DNA of 64,000 nt, taken from positions 59,086,001 through 59,150,000 of the forward strand of contig NC_043003.1 of the NCBI RefSeq assembly GCF_006345805.1, in the 5' to 3' direction. Shown here in pieces: positions 50,389 to 63,589 of this stretch. A program made the translations under genes and the position numbers. The DNA is from Octopus sinensis (lineage: Eukaryota). Below the pieces are notes generated by a model. That model was not told where the DNA came from and ran no database searches. It was given only the letters and a program-made list of their open reading frames with translations. Every line of letters starts with the position of its first letter. The first letter of the stretch is position 1.

Positions 50389-50846
50389 TGTGCAAAACCA
50401 AATATATGACACACTAGGCATAACAGCAACAGGAACCTTTAACTTGTTGTCTCTTGAGGTCTCTGGGTGAGATTTGGAGCCCAATTGTACAAATGAAAAG
50501 CAAAAGTCAAACATAATAATAATAATAATAACAATAATTTTCCCAATCAATGTCAATGTGTCTGTCAAGACCTACCAAAAACTGAGCAAGTATAAAGATC
50601 TTGAAATAGAAATTGGCAAAATGTGGAACTCCAAGACTAAAATGATACCTGTTGTGATAGGTGCCCTAGGAATGATAGCAAAATGAGTTGATGCTACCTA
50701 ACTCAGATAGCAGGATACCCCAAAATGTCAGAAATCCAAAAGATAGTGCTCATGAGAACTACCCATATCCTACGTAAAATATTGTCTATGTAATCTCAAA
50801 TTTTAAAACAAACTCATAATTTTCAACTGTTTTCTTAAACATTCTG
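50389..50846 (+). mobile_element. R4/Dong-like LINE 3' fragments (putative 3' UTR piece, then RLE C-terminus)
   Basis: KTYQKLSKYKDLEIEIGKMWNSKTKMIPVVIGALG...IQKIVLMRTTHILRKILSM*. The UTR-like piece ends in (AAT)n. Confidence 0.8.
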
Positions 50847-50880
50847 TATTGTTGTTGTTGTTGTTGTTGTTGTTATTTAT

Positions 50881-51086
50881 TGTCTTTGCACTGCTCCTAA
50901 CGCTGGAGATATAATACTTCTCCAACAGTTTATCCATTTCCAATATCCCCAAGAACTTATAGGCCGTCTCTTCTATCTGCTTCATAAGCTCCCCGACAGT
51001 GTTACTAGCCCGTCCATACATTTGATTTTTGCCTCTCTTCAAGACTAACACACCACACTTTTTCAGTCTGAACTCCATTCTGATAT
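50881..51086 (-). mobile_element. R4/Dong-like RT fragment fused to a 3'-terminal sequence
   Basis: DIRMEFRLKKCGVLVLKRGK...YKFLGILE. The segment 50884-50910 matches the 3' terminus seen at 53878-53905. Confidence 0.75.
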
Positions 51087-51159
51087 CATCATCATCGTCA
51101 TCATCACCACCACCACCACCACCACCACCACCACCATGACTATCATCATCATCATCATT

Positions 51160-52000
51160 GCCTTTGCAGATCTTCTAATGCAGGAGATGTACTACAGTGT
51201 CAGCTGTTCACTACCAGTGAACTAAGGTAACACTTCTTCGAGCACCTTCCGGAGTATTCGAGCGGTTGCAATTAGTGCTGTTTTCTGCAAGTGCTCCACC
51301 CGTATTGCAGTCCCTATTTGTTCCACGTATTTCTCGAGATTTTTGCTCACTGTTCCCAGGGCTCCGACAATTGTTGGTACTACCGCTACTTTATTCATTG
51401 ACCACAACTGCTTAACTTCCCAAGTTAACTTCTCATATCTCTCGATTTTTCTTTCTTCCTTATCGTAGCTTATTTTCTTGGGTATGATGGAAAGTGTCAG
51501 CTGTCTATAATTAGCAGACTAAGGTGACACTTGTTTATTGGTCATGCGTCAAGAACCCTGTGAAGAATTCTTGCAGCACCAAGCAATTTTGATTTTTGTA
51601 GGTGTTGTATCCCTACATTTCTACCAATCTTTTTGATCCCTGTTGGTTGTTGAGTGTTGATACTTCGAAGTGCACTAATTACTATTATTATCTTGTCTAT
51701 TCTCCTCATTGACCACAACTTTCGTATTACCCACTTCAAATCGTAGTAGTTGTTCAGTTTTTCTTCTTCTTTTTCTTTGATCCTTTTATTACCGGGTCGT
51801 GCTACGCCGATTATCTTGAAAGTTCTTTCTGTTTTATTCACCACAACTGAATCATTGCAACCCACAGGAATTTGCAATTTTTATTCTCGGTGATGCCTCC
51901 TCGGGTTTGCTCATACCACGTCTTTGTACTTTGTAGGCCGTGATTTCCACAGAACTCCCAAAGGATCATTCTTGCTACACTGCCATGCCGTCTTTTGCAT
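51160..52000 (-). mobile_element. Two R4/Dong-like RLE 3' fragments
   Basis: WSMNKVAVVPTIVGALG..HLQKTALIATARILRKVLE and KEKEEEKLNNYYDLKWVIRKLWSM..HLQKSKLLGAARILHRVL. Confidence 0.85.
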
Positions 52001-52030
52001 TGTTGTTGTTGTTGTTGTTGCTGTTGTTGA

Positions 52031-52068
<38 letters not shown>

Positions 52069-52078
52069 TATTATTATC

Positions 52079-52128
<50 letters not shown>

Positions 52129-52132
52129 CTTA

Positions 52133-53320
52133 TTGGCTTTGCACAGCTTCTATCACTGGATATGTACTTCGGTGCCAGCTGTTCCCTATAAGTGAACTAA
52201 AAGTAACACCCCTTATTTTTCGAGCACCACCCGGAGTATTCCAGTGGTTCCAAGCAGTGCTATTTTCTGCAAGTGCTTCACCCTTATTGCATCCCCTATT
52301 TGTTCTATGCACGTCTCAAGACTTTTACTCAGTTCCCAGTGTTCTGACAATTACTGGTACTACTACCACCTTTTTCATCGACCACAACTACTTAAACTCC
52401 CAAGCTAACCTGTCATATCTATCGACTTTTCTTTCTTCCTTATCGCACCCCATGGGCATGCTATATCTATGATCCAGCATCGTTTGCTTTCTTTCTCAAT
52501 TAACACTATGATTTCCCATCCTCTATCTTATGGTCACACTGAGTCATAAAACCCCGTAGGATCTTTGCATTATCATTTTCGATGATGCCTTCGGGTCCAT
52601 GTTCGTACCAATTTGTGGCTCTGTCAAGTCTGTACTTGTTGCAAAGTGTCCAATGGACAATCCTTGTTATGTTGTCATGACATCTCTTATATGTTTTTAT
52701 GAGCTAGTGGCGTATATTGACTGCTAATATGCCATACGGTTTCACTATTCCGTTTACAAACTCTACACTTATCACTTTCTGATGTGTTTTCTATTCTGTA
52801 TTTGATGTAATTGGTTCTTAATCCTTGCTCTTAGGCAGCACAGATTAGAGCCTCCGATTCCGGTTTTTAATCACCTTTAGTCATCCAAAGCCATCTGTTT
52901 TCTCTGTCTGTCTTATCTTTAACATACCTATGAAATTGTCTGTTCTTTTCTTTATCCAGCTATTTTCAGTTTCCTTCATTCTCAAGTGCTTGTACAGTGC
53001 TTTATGTTTGCAATCTTCCATCCTACACAAGCCTGACCTTCCTACTTAAAATAATAGCGGTTTTGTGGTATATTCTATATACCATGCTATGTTGTTTTCT
53101 TCTCCCCTAATGCTGTATTCGCATCCAATCAATCCTCTCCCCCACTCTTTTTCTTGGTACATAAAGTCTGTCTGTGTCACTTTTTGGGTGGAGTGTCCCA
53201 TGTGTAGTTAGCAACGTCGTTGTCTTTCTGTCTAAGTTATTTGGTTCGTCCACTGCTCATGCGATTACCCCTGCTCCATATCTAAGAAGTGAAACCACCC
53301 AGGTGTTGATAGCTTCAATC
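52133..53320 (-). mobile_element. R4/Dong-like LINE, longest fragment (post-RT region, zinc knuckle, RLE, 3' end)
   Basis: ICAA.EQGLRTNYIKYRI, KCRVCKRNSETVWHI, HDNITRIVHWTLC, WYEHGPEGIIENDNAKIL. Bounded by (TTA)n and (CTT)n. Confidence 0.85.
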
Positions 53321-53701
53321 TTCTTCTTCTTCTTCTTCTTCTTCTTCTTCTTCTTCTTCTTCTTCTTCTTCTTCTTCTTCTTCTTCTTCTTCTTCTTCTT
53401 CTTCTTCTTCTTCCTCCCCCTCTTCTTATTGCTGTTATTATTATTATTATTTAATTATTATTATTATTATTATTTTTTCAAATTTGCTTCCATTTCTTGC
53501 CGAGTGTCTTCCCGACTCCTAGGGCAAAGAAACTCATAGTATACATTGGTAGGCCATTAAACTAAACTCAATAGTGCGTTCATTTTTTTTAAGTTAAATT
53601 AAAATACATGGGTAGTAATAGTTCTTGTTAAATTAAAATCCATAGGTAGTAATAGTTCTTTACATGGGTAGTAATAGTTCTTTACAAGTAACAGCTCTTT
53701 C

Positions 53702-53747
<46 letters not shown>

Positions 53748-53875
53748 CATTACTATTATTATTATTATTATTATTATTATTTTTATCATTACTATTATTA
53801 TCATTATTATTATTATTATTATCATTATTATCATTATTATTATTATTATTATAATTATAATCATCATCATCATCA

Positions 53876-54046
53876 CCTTTGCACAGCTTCTAACGCTGGA
53901 GATGTACTACAGTGTCAGCTGTTTACTACCAGTGAACTAAGGTAACACTTCTTCGAGCACCTTCCGGAGTATTCGAGCGGTTCCAAGCAGTGCTGTTTTC
54001 TGCAAGTGCTCCACCCTTATTTCAGCCCCTATTTGTTCAACGTACA

Positions 54047-54047
<1 letters not shown>
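53876..54047 (-). mobile_element. R4/Dong-like extreme 3' end
   Basis: Very similar to 51160-51330 (HLQKTALLGTARILRKVLE plus UTR), flanked by (TTA)n. Confidence 0.8.
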
Positions 54048-54093
<46 letters not shown>

Positions 54094-54639
54094 TATTATT
54101 ATTATTATCATCATCATCATCATTATTAAACCAAGAACACGTCACTAGCTCGCTGTGTAAATGTCACGGTGTCGGCCCATACATGAAGTGTGTTCAAGGA
54201 TGGAGTGGAGACTGACTAATATGAATGCTCTTGGACTCAAGCCTTTCAGATACTGAAGATACAGAAGAAAAAGACTACATTTAACCACGAATAAGCCAAA
54301 GAATTGCATTAATTATTAATAGCAAAATAATTAACGGTCATGTAAATGTCTTCTACCATAGCTCCGGACCGACCACTACCTTGTGAATGAATTCCGTAGA
54401 CGGGGGCTATATGGAATCCTCTTGCATTTACATATATAGTTGTGCGTGTGTATATGTATTTGTGTTCCTGTGTGTCTGTTAGTCTCACTATCACCACCAC
54501 TTGATAACTTAGCGGCTCAGAAAAATAGAGCGATAGAATAAGTACAAAAGTTTGAAATTATGTACTAGGGGCAATTTGTTCTTTGAAGCGGTGCCCCATC
54601 ATGGCCGTGACTGAAACAAGTAAAAAATAAAAGAACGTA

Positions 54640-55606
54640 ATACATGCAAATAGTCTCGCACAAATTTTTCACAATACAACAATATTTGCTGTAGGAAATC
54701 TGGAATTTGATGTTGAATTTATTTTGCTCGAAATTTACAACCCTTTCAGTATCTTAGTCAAAAAGGCAGCACTGCTGAAGAAATCCTATGAATTCCTGGA
54801 TGTTAATAATTGTTATCTGCTGTACTGTGTTGTGAATAAATGACTGGTGAAGAGAAGTACCTAAGGCAGTGTAGTACTGTATAAGGATATGAAGAAAATT
54901 ACGGAGAATCGTCAGATTTCTGCCTCTTCTTTAACAGTCACAATCATATTCTTCCTAGACATTGAAGCACTAGAAGCTAAGTTATTTTGACGAATTACAC
55001 TACGTAACTAATGATTTAAGTGAAGAATAAGCTTAAGAGAAAAGTAAAATATTGTTTTGTGGGGCTTTTTCAATGAATTTAAAAGTTAGTCAATTTAACT
55101 TCTGAAGCGTCTAAGAAATATGAAGCAATCCTCATTGTACAATATGGAAGGTACATAATGAATTTGAGTGGCTTCTCTCGAAAGCAGCTTCCGCAGCATA
55201 TTGTATAACAAGTGCCATACGTCTTGAAGAATTCTGTGATAAAATGGAAGTCTATTGATATGGATAAATTAATTGAAGGATATAATGTTATAGAGACAAT
55301 TATGAACAATAATTCGGTGATTGTAAACAGCCATATTGACGAGCGTTATGTTAAGCTATTCATCATTTTCCGATGTTTCTTTTGGGAAACTGAAGGTGGG
55401 TGTGCCCACAGCTCATTTATTCCATGCGTCTTCCTCACATAGAAAAGATATTCGGAATAATGACTTCTCTTGGAGGAACGGAATGCATCATCTGTAAGTG
55501 GACTCAGTCAAAAGCATAGTTTCGAATATTTAACAATTCAGAAGAGTGGCCAGTCATGGACGCAAAAATCTTCTGCTCAAAACAAAAAAACGCTGGAGGC
55601 AGTAAG

Positions 55607-55608
<2 letters not shown>
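54640..55608 (+). mobile_element. Decayed hAT transposase relic
   Basis: DVEFILLEIYNPFS..KKAALLKKSYEFLDV, IDMDKLIEGY..DERYVKLF, and FIP...HIEKIFGIMTS plus NKKTLEAVSN, resembling the hAT C-terminal dimerisation region. Confidence 0.5.
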
Positions 55609-55667
<59 letters not shown>

Positions 55668-56133
55668 TATATGAGGGCCTAACACGTACGTATACGAGTC
55701 CACCTGCTTGCTAGAAGGAGTCGCTAATATGTAAAAACTACCTAACATATCACCATAAAAATAACGCGCCGTACTCGTGCAAATAAACGGAACAGATTAA
55801 TGAAAGTGTTCAAATACATATCAACTGATTTCAAGATTAAGGGGTATATGTGTGTGTGTGTATATATATATACACCTACTCCCCCCTCACACATTTATAT
55901 ATATCCTTCAAGGTCGTTGTTCAGGGTCGATAACATAAGTACTAGTCAAGAACTGGGGTCGATGCAATCGTCTAGCCCATGTCACCCCATTAAAAAATTC
56001 AGATACATACAAGTATATATATACATATGTATTTGTGCATATATATATATGTATATGTGTGTGTATGTGTATATGTGTGTAAATATATATATATATATAT
56101 ATCTGTGTGTGTGTGTGCATCTATGTGTGTACG

Positions 56134-56164
<31 letters not shown>

Positions 56165-57429
56165 AGATGTACTTGCATAGCAAGTGATTTGATCTGAGAT
56201 CGTGTGCTGAAACGAAAACAATTGCAGCGTGGAAGGTGTTTGTAAGCCATTTAAGAAGCACACAAAAGCCGTTCGATTCACTTCAACATTTGAGTTTAAT
56301 TTGTCAAAATATTTTCGTCGCTTTATATATATATATATATATATATATTCATATGTATCTATGTATTTGAGTACCGCTAAATTGTTAATTTGTATTTATT
56401 TACCTAATTTTACATCATGTGGATCAGTGTTAGAACTAATGAAGCAGGCTACGCGTTCAACTCCTTTTAGGGAGATACGCACATATATACATGTTTTAGT
56501 GTACGAATAACCAATAATCTGCATAAAATCAAATCTGATTGCAATTAGACTCTTCGTGATAAATGAATGTTCTTATAAAATATTTGCGCTATTTAGTGTG
56601 AAACTGTATATAAAATTAAAACTATGAAGGATGTCCATCTTCGCATTATAGTTAACATAAATACACTGATAATATGCAAGAACCTACGGTTTTCATCCAA
56701 GATCAAATATTTTATGTACATGATGTGTTAAAAGCACATTATATATCGGAGGGAAACGAAAATTTGTCTTGGCAGCAGCTAACGAGATGGCCAGATACAT
56801 TCCATGCTTTAAGGAGCTACGTCAATCACGTGTACTCCAAGCTATATTCAAATACCTATAAGATATTGCAGTTTTTGTCCCATTGGCTATTTGCAATTTC
56901 AGTGTAAGCATTATTCGCTGTTGTCTATATATCGGAGGCGATAAATCTCGCCTAGGTATGATGCTGCGAAAACACGTCATTCACAAAGCCCAAAAAGGCC
57001 GAAATGTTTTAGGTACTCGATAGAATACTTATGATCGGACATGTATTAACAGTAGAAATTTAAATATGCAAGGAAATTACAAGGAAGCAAAATAGAGACT
57101 GAGGGATAGAAAAGGATGTGGATTATAGTGTAGGAAAGATAAAGAAAAGCAAGAAAAGAAGTAGAGAATTAAGAGAGTTTGAAATATAGACGTACACACA
57201 CAAATAACATACATACAAACAAACATATCCACACACATACACACACTTAAACATACATAGAGTAAGGTAGTGTTGTGGTAATGAATGAGAATGATGGAGA
57301 AAAATGTTCGAAAGGAAAAGAAGCATTCATGTCGGTACAATACTATAAAGTCTCTATTCATGGCAGCACTTCATCTAATCCTTACATTTTCTCCAGAATT
57401 AGGAACATCCTACTATCTACCTCTATATC

Positions 57430-57626
57430 GGTTTCAAATTTTAGTACAAGACCAGCAATTTCGGAGGAGTAGTAAGTCGATTACATCGACCCCATTATTT
57501 AACTGGTACGTAAAGGATGAAATGCAGAGTCGACCTCGACGGAATTAGAACTCAGTATGTAAAGACGGACGAAATGCTGCTAAGCATTTTGTGCGGTCTG
57601 CTAACAGTTCTGCCAGTTCGCCGCCA
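57430..57626 (-). mobile_element. SINE group B monomer
   Basis: aaggatgaaatgcagagtcgacctcgacggaattagaactcag...tctgccagttcgccgcc. Confidence 0.8.
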
Positions 57627-59719
57627 TAATATTTGCCTTTATATTACAAGGATGAAGGTAAAGACAATCAACGTTATTTGAACTTGGAAATAAAGATATG
57701 TAACTAAACACTGCTAGTCATTCAATTTGTCTCTCTATAGACTCCTGCTCTTGTCTCCATGGCAATATTGATAGAATATAATTTTGAAGTAATTTTACGA
57801 CGTGAGAGATGATTAGTCATATCGGTATGAATGTCTTAATTAGAAACGTATCTTACTCTGTAGCTTAATTAATTGGTAAAGTTGGTATGCCTTAGAGCTC
57901 TGAAACATCTGTTTAAATGCACTCAATTAGATTTATATGTAATTTGTTATCTACAATAGAACTCACAAAATCTCTTTATGTCATTGAAACAACTACTTCA
58001 CTTCTACAAAAAAAAAACAAAAAAACAATGGGTTTTGTTTTATATTTGTTTTATAACAAATGTTGATATTGATTCGTGTATTTGGCGCCTCATTCAAATA
58101 CTTTATCAAAGGTGTTGTACTTATATTCATTCCAATGATTTTAACCAACTGTAATTTTTAACCATATGCACAGTACATAGCAAGAGTTCCAACGATGACT
58201 AAAATATATTTTTAATGTATTTCGGCTGATTCAAACATGAATATGCTAATCGCTGTTGTATTTCCACATAGAACAACTTTTCCTTTCAGACGAATGTGTG
58301 TTAATAACACTCGATTCATTAGCGTAAGGGGACATTGAGACAACTAACATTTCAATATCTTTGTGCCTCGTCAGCCAGAGGTACACTTTACTAATAAATC
58401 TATCAAGAACAAAATGTTATTTTTATAATATCCGCACAGTTTATTGTGCATATGAAGATTTATTATCTGTTGGCATATATCAACACATTCAGGACAGAGT
58501 TTCTTCGTAGAAATGTATGGCTCGCTTTTGAATCTTCTTTATTCTCTCTGAATGAGCAAATATCTGCTTTACGAAGATGCTGACTGGACAACTGAGTTAA
58601 ATGTCATCCATTTCTGTCGGTGGCTCAAATTTCGGTCCAAGACGCGTTTGTCTATTGTGTAGTGCCGGTCTACCCAGATCTCAGAACCGATTGTAGTCCT
58701 TGCTGTATTCGACCCAACTCTTACCGTTCTGGATTCAAATTACCTGGGCGGGAGACTTAATTGGCTGACTGGTTTATCAATTACAATTATTTGATCCTTG
58801 GATTGTTTTAGTTCCTCCTACTGTCTAAGTGATACACACACGCACAAAAACACACACACACACAAACACAAACGCATATATATGGAAGTGTGTGTGTGTA
58901 TGTGTGTGTTTGTGAATGTGGGTGTTTGTGTGTGTGTATAGCTAACTATGTATCATATTTAATGTAGATAAAAGTTGAAAGACAAATTTACTGTAGCATT
59001 GATCCAAAGCAAAGATATCTCTGAGGGATATGCTCTGTTTTAGAACTTTATTCATGCTGGATTTCGGTTGAGCGTTCTGTATCTAGTTCTGGAAATTGTT
59101 TTATAAACGACAGACTATGCTGATGATCTTACAGATATTTGCGTGTTCATATACGTAAATATTAACAAGTGAAACCAATGGTACATAGGTATTCGTTTTT
59201 TCTTGCTTATTTTTACATTTTGTTTTTTTGCTGAGATTTTTCTTGAGAACACATTCTTCTTGGTAACGGCGATTTGACGTCTATGTTTAGCATATAGGCT
59301 GTCCACTTTAGTGGTCAGTCCTCTAAATTTTGTATGTAACACAATTTTTAATCGGATTTTTTAAATATGCTAAGCCACTGGTTTTAATTGATTAATATCA
59401 ATTTCTATCCTTATTATTTAATTTTATATATATATACACAAATAGAAAAAGACGCATGCATACGTTTGTATATAAGCAGCGAATTAGTAGAATCGTTAGA
59501 GTGTCAGACCAAATGGCTCACGTTATTTGTTATGACTTTCTTCGGGCTTTATTCACATATCACTATGGTTAACATTGCCTTCCGTATTTTCATGCTCGAT
59601 AAAAAAAAGAACAAAATAAAAACCTCCTACCAATCCAAGGTATTGGTGTGGTGGAACTATAAAATGTTCCCTATTTGTTCTACTTCTATGCATTCTAGGT
59701 CCATATACTTTCACGTCAC

Positions 59720-61190
59720 CCGTATGACTTTAACAAATATTCGGGACAGGCTTTTCGTTTGTTGATAACTACCTCCCTCCCACCTGTTTCGAAGAGGCTG
59801 GCTAGAGTCATGGGTATTGTGTTTAGTTTCTGACTAAATTTTAAAACAAACTTAAGCGACCACATAGCTTGAACTACAATACATGAACACTTGTGATTCT
59901 TTTATTCTACTTGAGTTCCACGGTGAGTTCAATAAAAATCAGGTACTTTGATGGACTGGAATAGGGCGCAATTTCTCCTAATGATTTCTGGTTGCTTTTT
60001 TTTATCCTAGGAATTCTGCTGTGTACTCCCAGTTTTCCACACTACCAAGAAGACCCCATTCCTGTGCTCCGTATGGGATAGCTGTTCCTGTCCATGGTTT
60101 GCTGTCTCCTGACGAGTAGAATGTTGTTGGACATTCTGGGTTTACTCTTGCTGTGCTTATCTCGTGTCCGATCTCCTTAAGCGTTTGATTGTCCCTCCAC
60201 GTGTATCTTTCCTGGGCTAGTGCTACTCTACAGGAGCTCAAAACGCAATCCATTTGCTGCCTACCCCAGCAGACTGGTCACTTAGGATTATCTGATTTAC
60301 TTCACTACACTAGGTTCGTATTCGAAGGCAGGAGATCGTAGACAGATCAGAGGATAAAGCTTATTCTAAGAGGTGCTACGTGCTACAACTCCTTCCAGCT
60401 GAGACATTTCTGAAGTGCACCTTCCCAAGTCAACTACTGGCCTTGTTGGATCTGCTGTTCTGCATTCAGCATTATTATGGCATTCTCTGGCTTTTTCATC
60501 TGTAAAATCATATTTCACCTCAACTTTCCCCTAGTCTCTGACCTTCATTCCATTTTTGCTACACGTTGTCCCTACCTATTGACCTGAGTGTATCCCATTA
60601 TTTCTCTTATTGTAAAGCTTTCCTTTGCCTGTATCCACAAACTGGTGGACTTTTCATTCCCTTTCTGTCTGCAGCTAAGGCCGGATTGACCTCTCGATCT
60701 TGTTTCTCGAGTCTTTAAGCATGGTTAAGAACCTTGCTTTTCCGACTCTGTATTCCTCAACGATGGACTTGAGAGATTGCTTCAGCTTGGCTTGGCGACA
60801 GTAGAGTGCAACATCAGTAAGACCCGGTGGTTGATTTTGGCCTCCATATCCTCCACTGAACTTGTGCTGATATCGAAAATCAGTAGGGATCAAAGAAGCT
60901 TTGGGATTTGTATGAACTACGAACACCAAACCTTGTGTTTGACAGGGAAGTCACACTGGTCTATGACTTGGTCTTTGACCTGCAGACCCTTTTCCGCCAT
61001 TTGTTTGCTTTCGGTTCCCTATTCCTTATCCTTCAGGGTGTTGTCATACCATCTTCCTCGGATTTTGACTGGTTCCTTTGCCTTCTGCTGGGATATTTTG
61101 ATTGGCTGCATTGATACGATTCTTTCCGCTAACTTCCGAGATTTCTTTGGTTTGAGTCTCACTCTGGAAGATGCAACTACTTCGAATGCA
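59720..61190 (-). mobile_element. RLE-type non-LTR retrotransposon relic, HERO-like
   Basis: EPVKIRGRWYD, LTDVALYCRQAKL..KSIVEEYRVGKARFLTMLKDS, DLLPSNTNLV, CVLSSCRVALAQERYTWRDNQTL, IFIELTV. Frameshifted. Confidence 0.75.
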
Positions 61191-61388
61191 TGGCTATGTG
61201 ATCAAGAATTTCGCGGTACATTTTGGTTATTTCAGCCAATTAAATAAGAAAAAATGCCATTAAAAATTTGGGTTAAAATCAAGTTAATGTGGCGACAAGA
61301 GATTGGATTAAAAGAGCTAGATCCTTTTGATTCAATACTTCAACACATTGTTGACGTTTGACCTCCTCAATAGGAACGGTATGATTTA

Positions 61389-61544
61389 GTGGCTGTGTGG
61401 TAAGTAGCTTGCTTACCAACCATATGGTTCTGGGTTCAGTCCCACTGCGTGGCACCTTGTGTAAGTGTCTTCTACAATAGCCTCAGGCCGACCAAAGCCT
61501 TGTGAATGGATTTGGTAGACGGAAACTGAAAGAAGCCCGTCGTA

Positions 61545-61617
<73 letters not shown>

Positions 61618-61832
61618 TGTGTGTGTTTGTGTCTGTGTTTGTCCCTCCAACATCGCTCGACAACCGATGCTGGTGTGTTTACGTCTCCGTAAACTAGCGG
61701 TTCGGCAAAAGAGACCGATAGAATAAGTACTAGGCTTACAAAGAATAAGTTCTGGGGTCGATTTGCTCGACTAAAGGCGGTGCTCCAGCATGGCCACAGT
61801 CAAATGACTGAAACAAGTTAAAGAGTAAAAGA
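61389..61832 (+). mobile_element. SINE group A, near full length
   Basis: tRNA-like head, CORE-like block, internal (TA)(TG)n, 3' tail. Confidence 0.9.
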
Positions 61833-61866
61833 ACATATATATATATTCATTGTGTGACAGTGGTTA

Positions 61867-61931
<65 letters not shown>

Positions 61932-61932
61932 G

Positions 61933-61978
<46 letters not shown>

Positions 61979-61979
61979 A

Positions 61980-62015
<36 letters not shown>

Positions 62016-62494
62016 GTCTGTCTATCTATATTTGTCTATCATCTATCGACCAGTTAAGGTATTTGTTTAGTACATACATGCATACATGTATTTAAGTATG
62101 TATGTATGTATGTATGTATGTATGTATGTATGTATGTCCAGCTTAGTATAGTATATAGGATGAAGCTGATAATGCGGGGTGGTCGGAGGCACGGCAGAAA
62201 ATGAAGAAAACGAAGCGATTCAATACTATACCGCAAGTCGCTTAAGTAGCGACAAGAGCAGGTGCGTGCAGGCATGCAGAACAAATAAGTACCCAGTTTA
62301 GTTGGGACTTATGTTCACACATGTGGAACAAATAATTTGGTCGATGGCCTCAGCTAGCTCAGCTATAATCTGAGTCGAGGGTTCTATTCACTAAAGAATT
62401 TGATGCTCCACTTCACGTTATCACGAAATGGGCTGCTGCCACTATAGACAAGGAGATTAAAGAAGGAAGGGGATGCAGTTACATCTGTGGATAA

Positions 62495-63070
62495 ATGTTT
62501 TTCTACTTCCCTCGTTTTCCCCTTTCTTCTCTTTACATTTCATTATTTTCCTCCCCTCTCTCTCTGTCACTCTCTCTCTCTATCTCCCTCTGCTCACTCT
62601 AGCTTTCTCTCTTATTCCCTCTTACACCGGTCTGCCTGTCGTTGTTTTTAATTTTCTATTTTCTTTTGTCATCCTTTCTCTATACCTCTCATCCTCCTCT
62701 CTCTCTAACAGTCACACACTTTCAATACATTTCTCTTTCTTTACCCTTTTATTTCTCCACATCTCCTCTCTATCTCTCTATCTATCCATTCTTTCCGCGC
62801 TTCTCCTCCCCTTCTTCTCTTTCTCACTCTCTCACTCTTCCTTTCTTCCTTTCTTCCTAAAGCCTCCATTTCTTCACCAGCCTTTGTGTATCTTCCCTAC
62901 TCCCTTCCTCTCTCCGTCTCTCACTTTCCCTCACTTTCTTACGCCTTCTCCCCTCTACCTCACACACATATTGCTTTGCTTCGCTTCTTTCCCTCCCCAT
63001 AGCTTACGTATCTCTCTCTCGTTTAATCTCCCCTTCCCTCTATCTATTCTCTCCATACTTCCTCCTACAT
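62495..63070. repeat. Low-complexity polypyrimidine tract
   Basis: Plus strand almost entirely C/T for about 570 bp. Confidence 0.85.
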
Positions 63071-63418
63071 CACTTAATATTTTAATGACTGTTGCTAATG
63101 CAAGGCGTCATCGCCAATATCGTGTTTCTTGCACCATTATGCTGCTGTGTCCAGCGCTTACTCTTATTGTTCAAAAGGCATTATGCTATAGGCATATTTT
63201 CTAGTGCGAATAAGAGGAAATTTATTTACTTTTTTTTTCATGCTTCTAAGTAGCTATTTCACTCATATTTATTACAGAATAATAAAATCCAAAGTTAAGT
63301 ATACGTCATTCGGCAGTTACACGTTGTGTCGAATCGGAGAATTGCCATTCTTGTCTTCTGCGCACATTGTTAAAGAAAAACCACGTGTATGTGTGCATGT
63401 GTGTGTGTGTACACACGC

Positions 63419-63491
<73 letters not shown>

Positions 63492-63589
63492 TGTGTGTGT
63501 GTGTGTATGCATACGGCCGCGCACACACAACAACTGCACTATACTCACACATACACAAGGGTTCCTGTCAGCATTCGCGATCAAAGTAC

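Noticed and set aside
62473-63204. 243-aa ORF, the longest in the window
   Set aside because: An L/S/F/P-rich product of the polypyrimidine tract with no domain signal.
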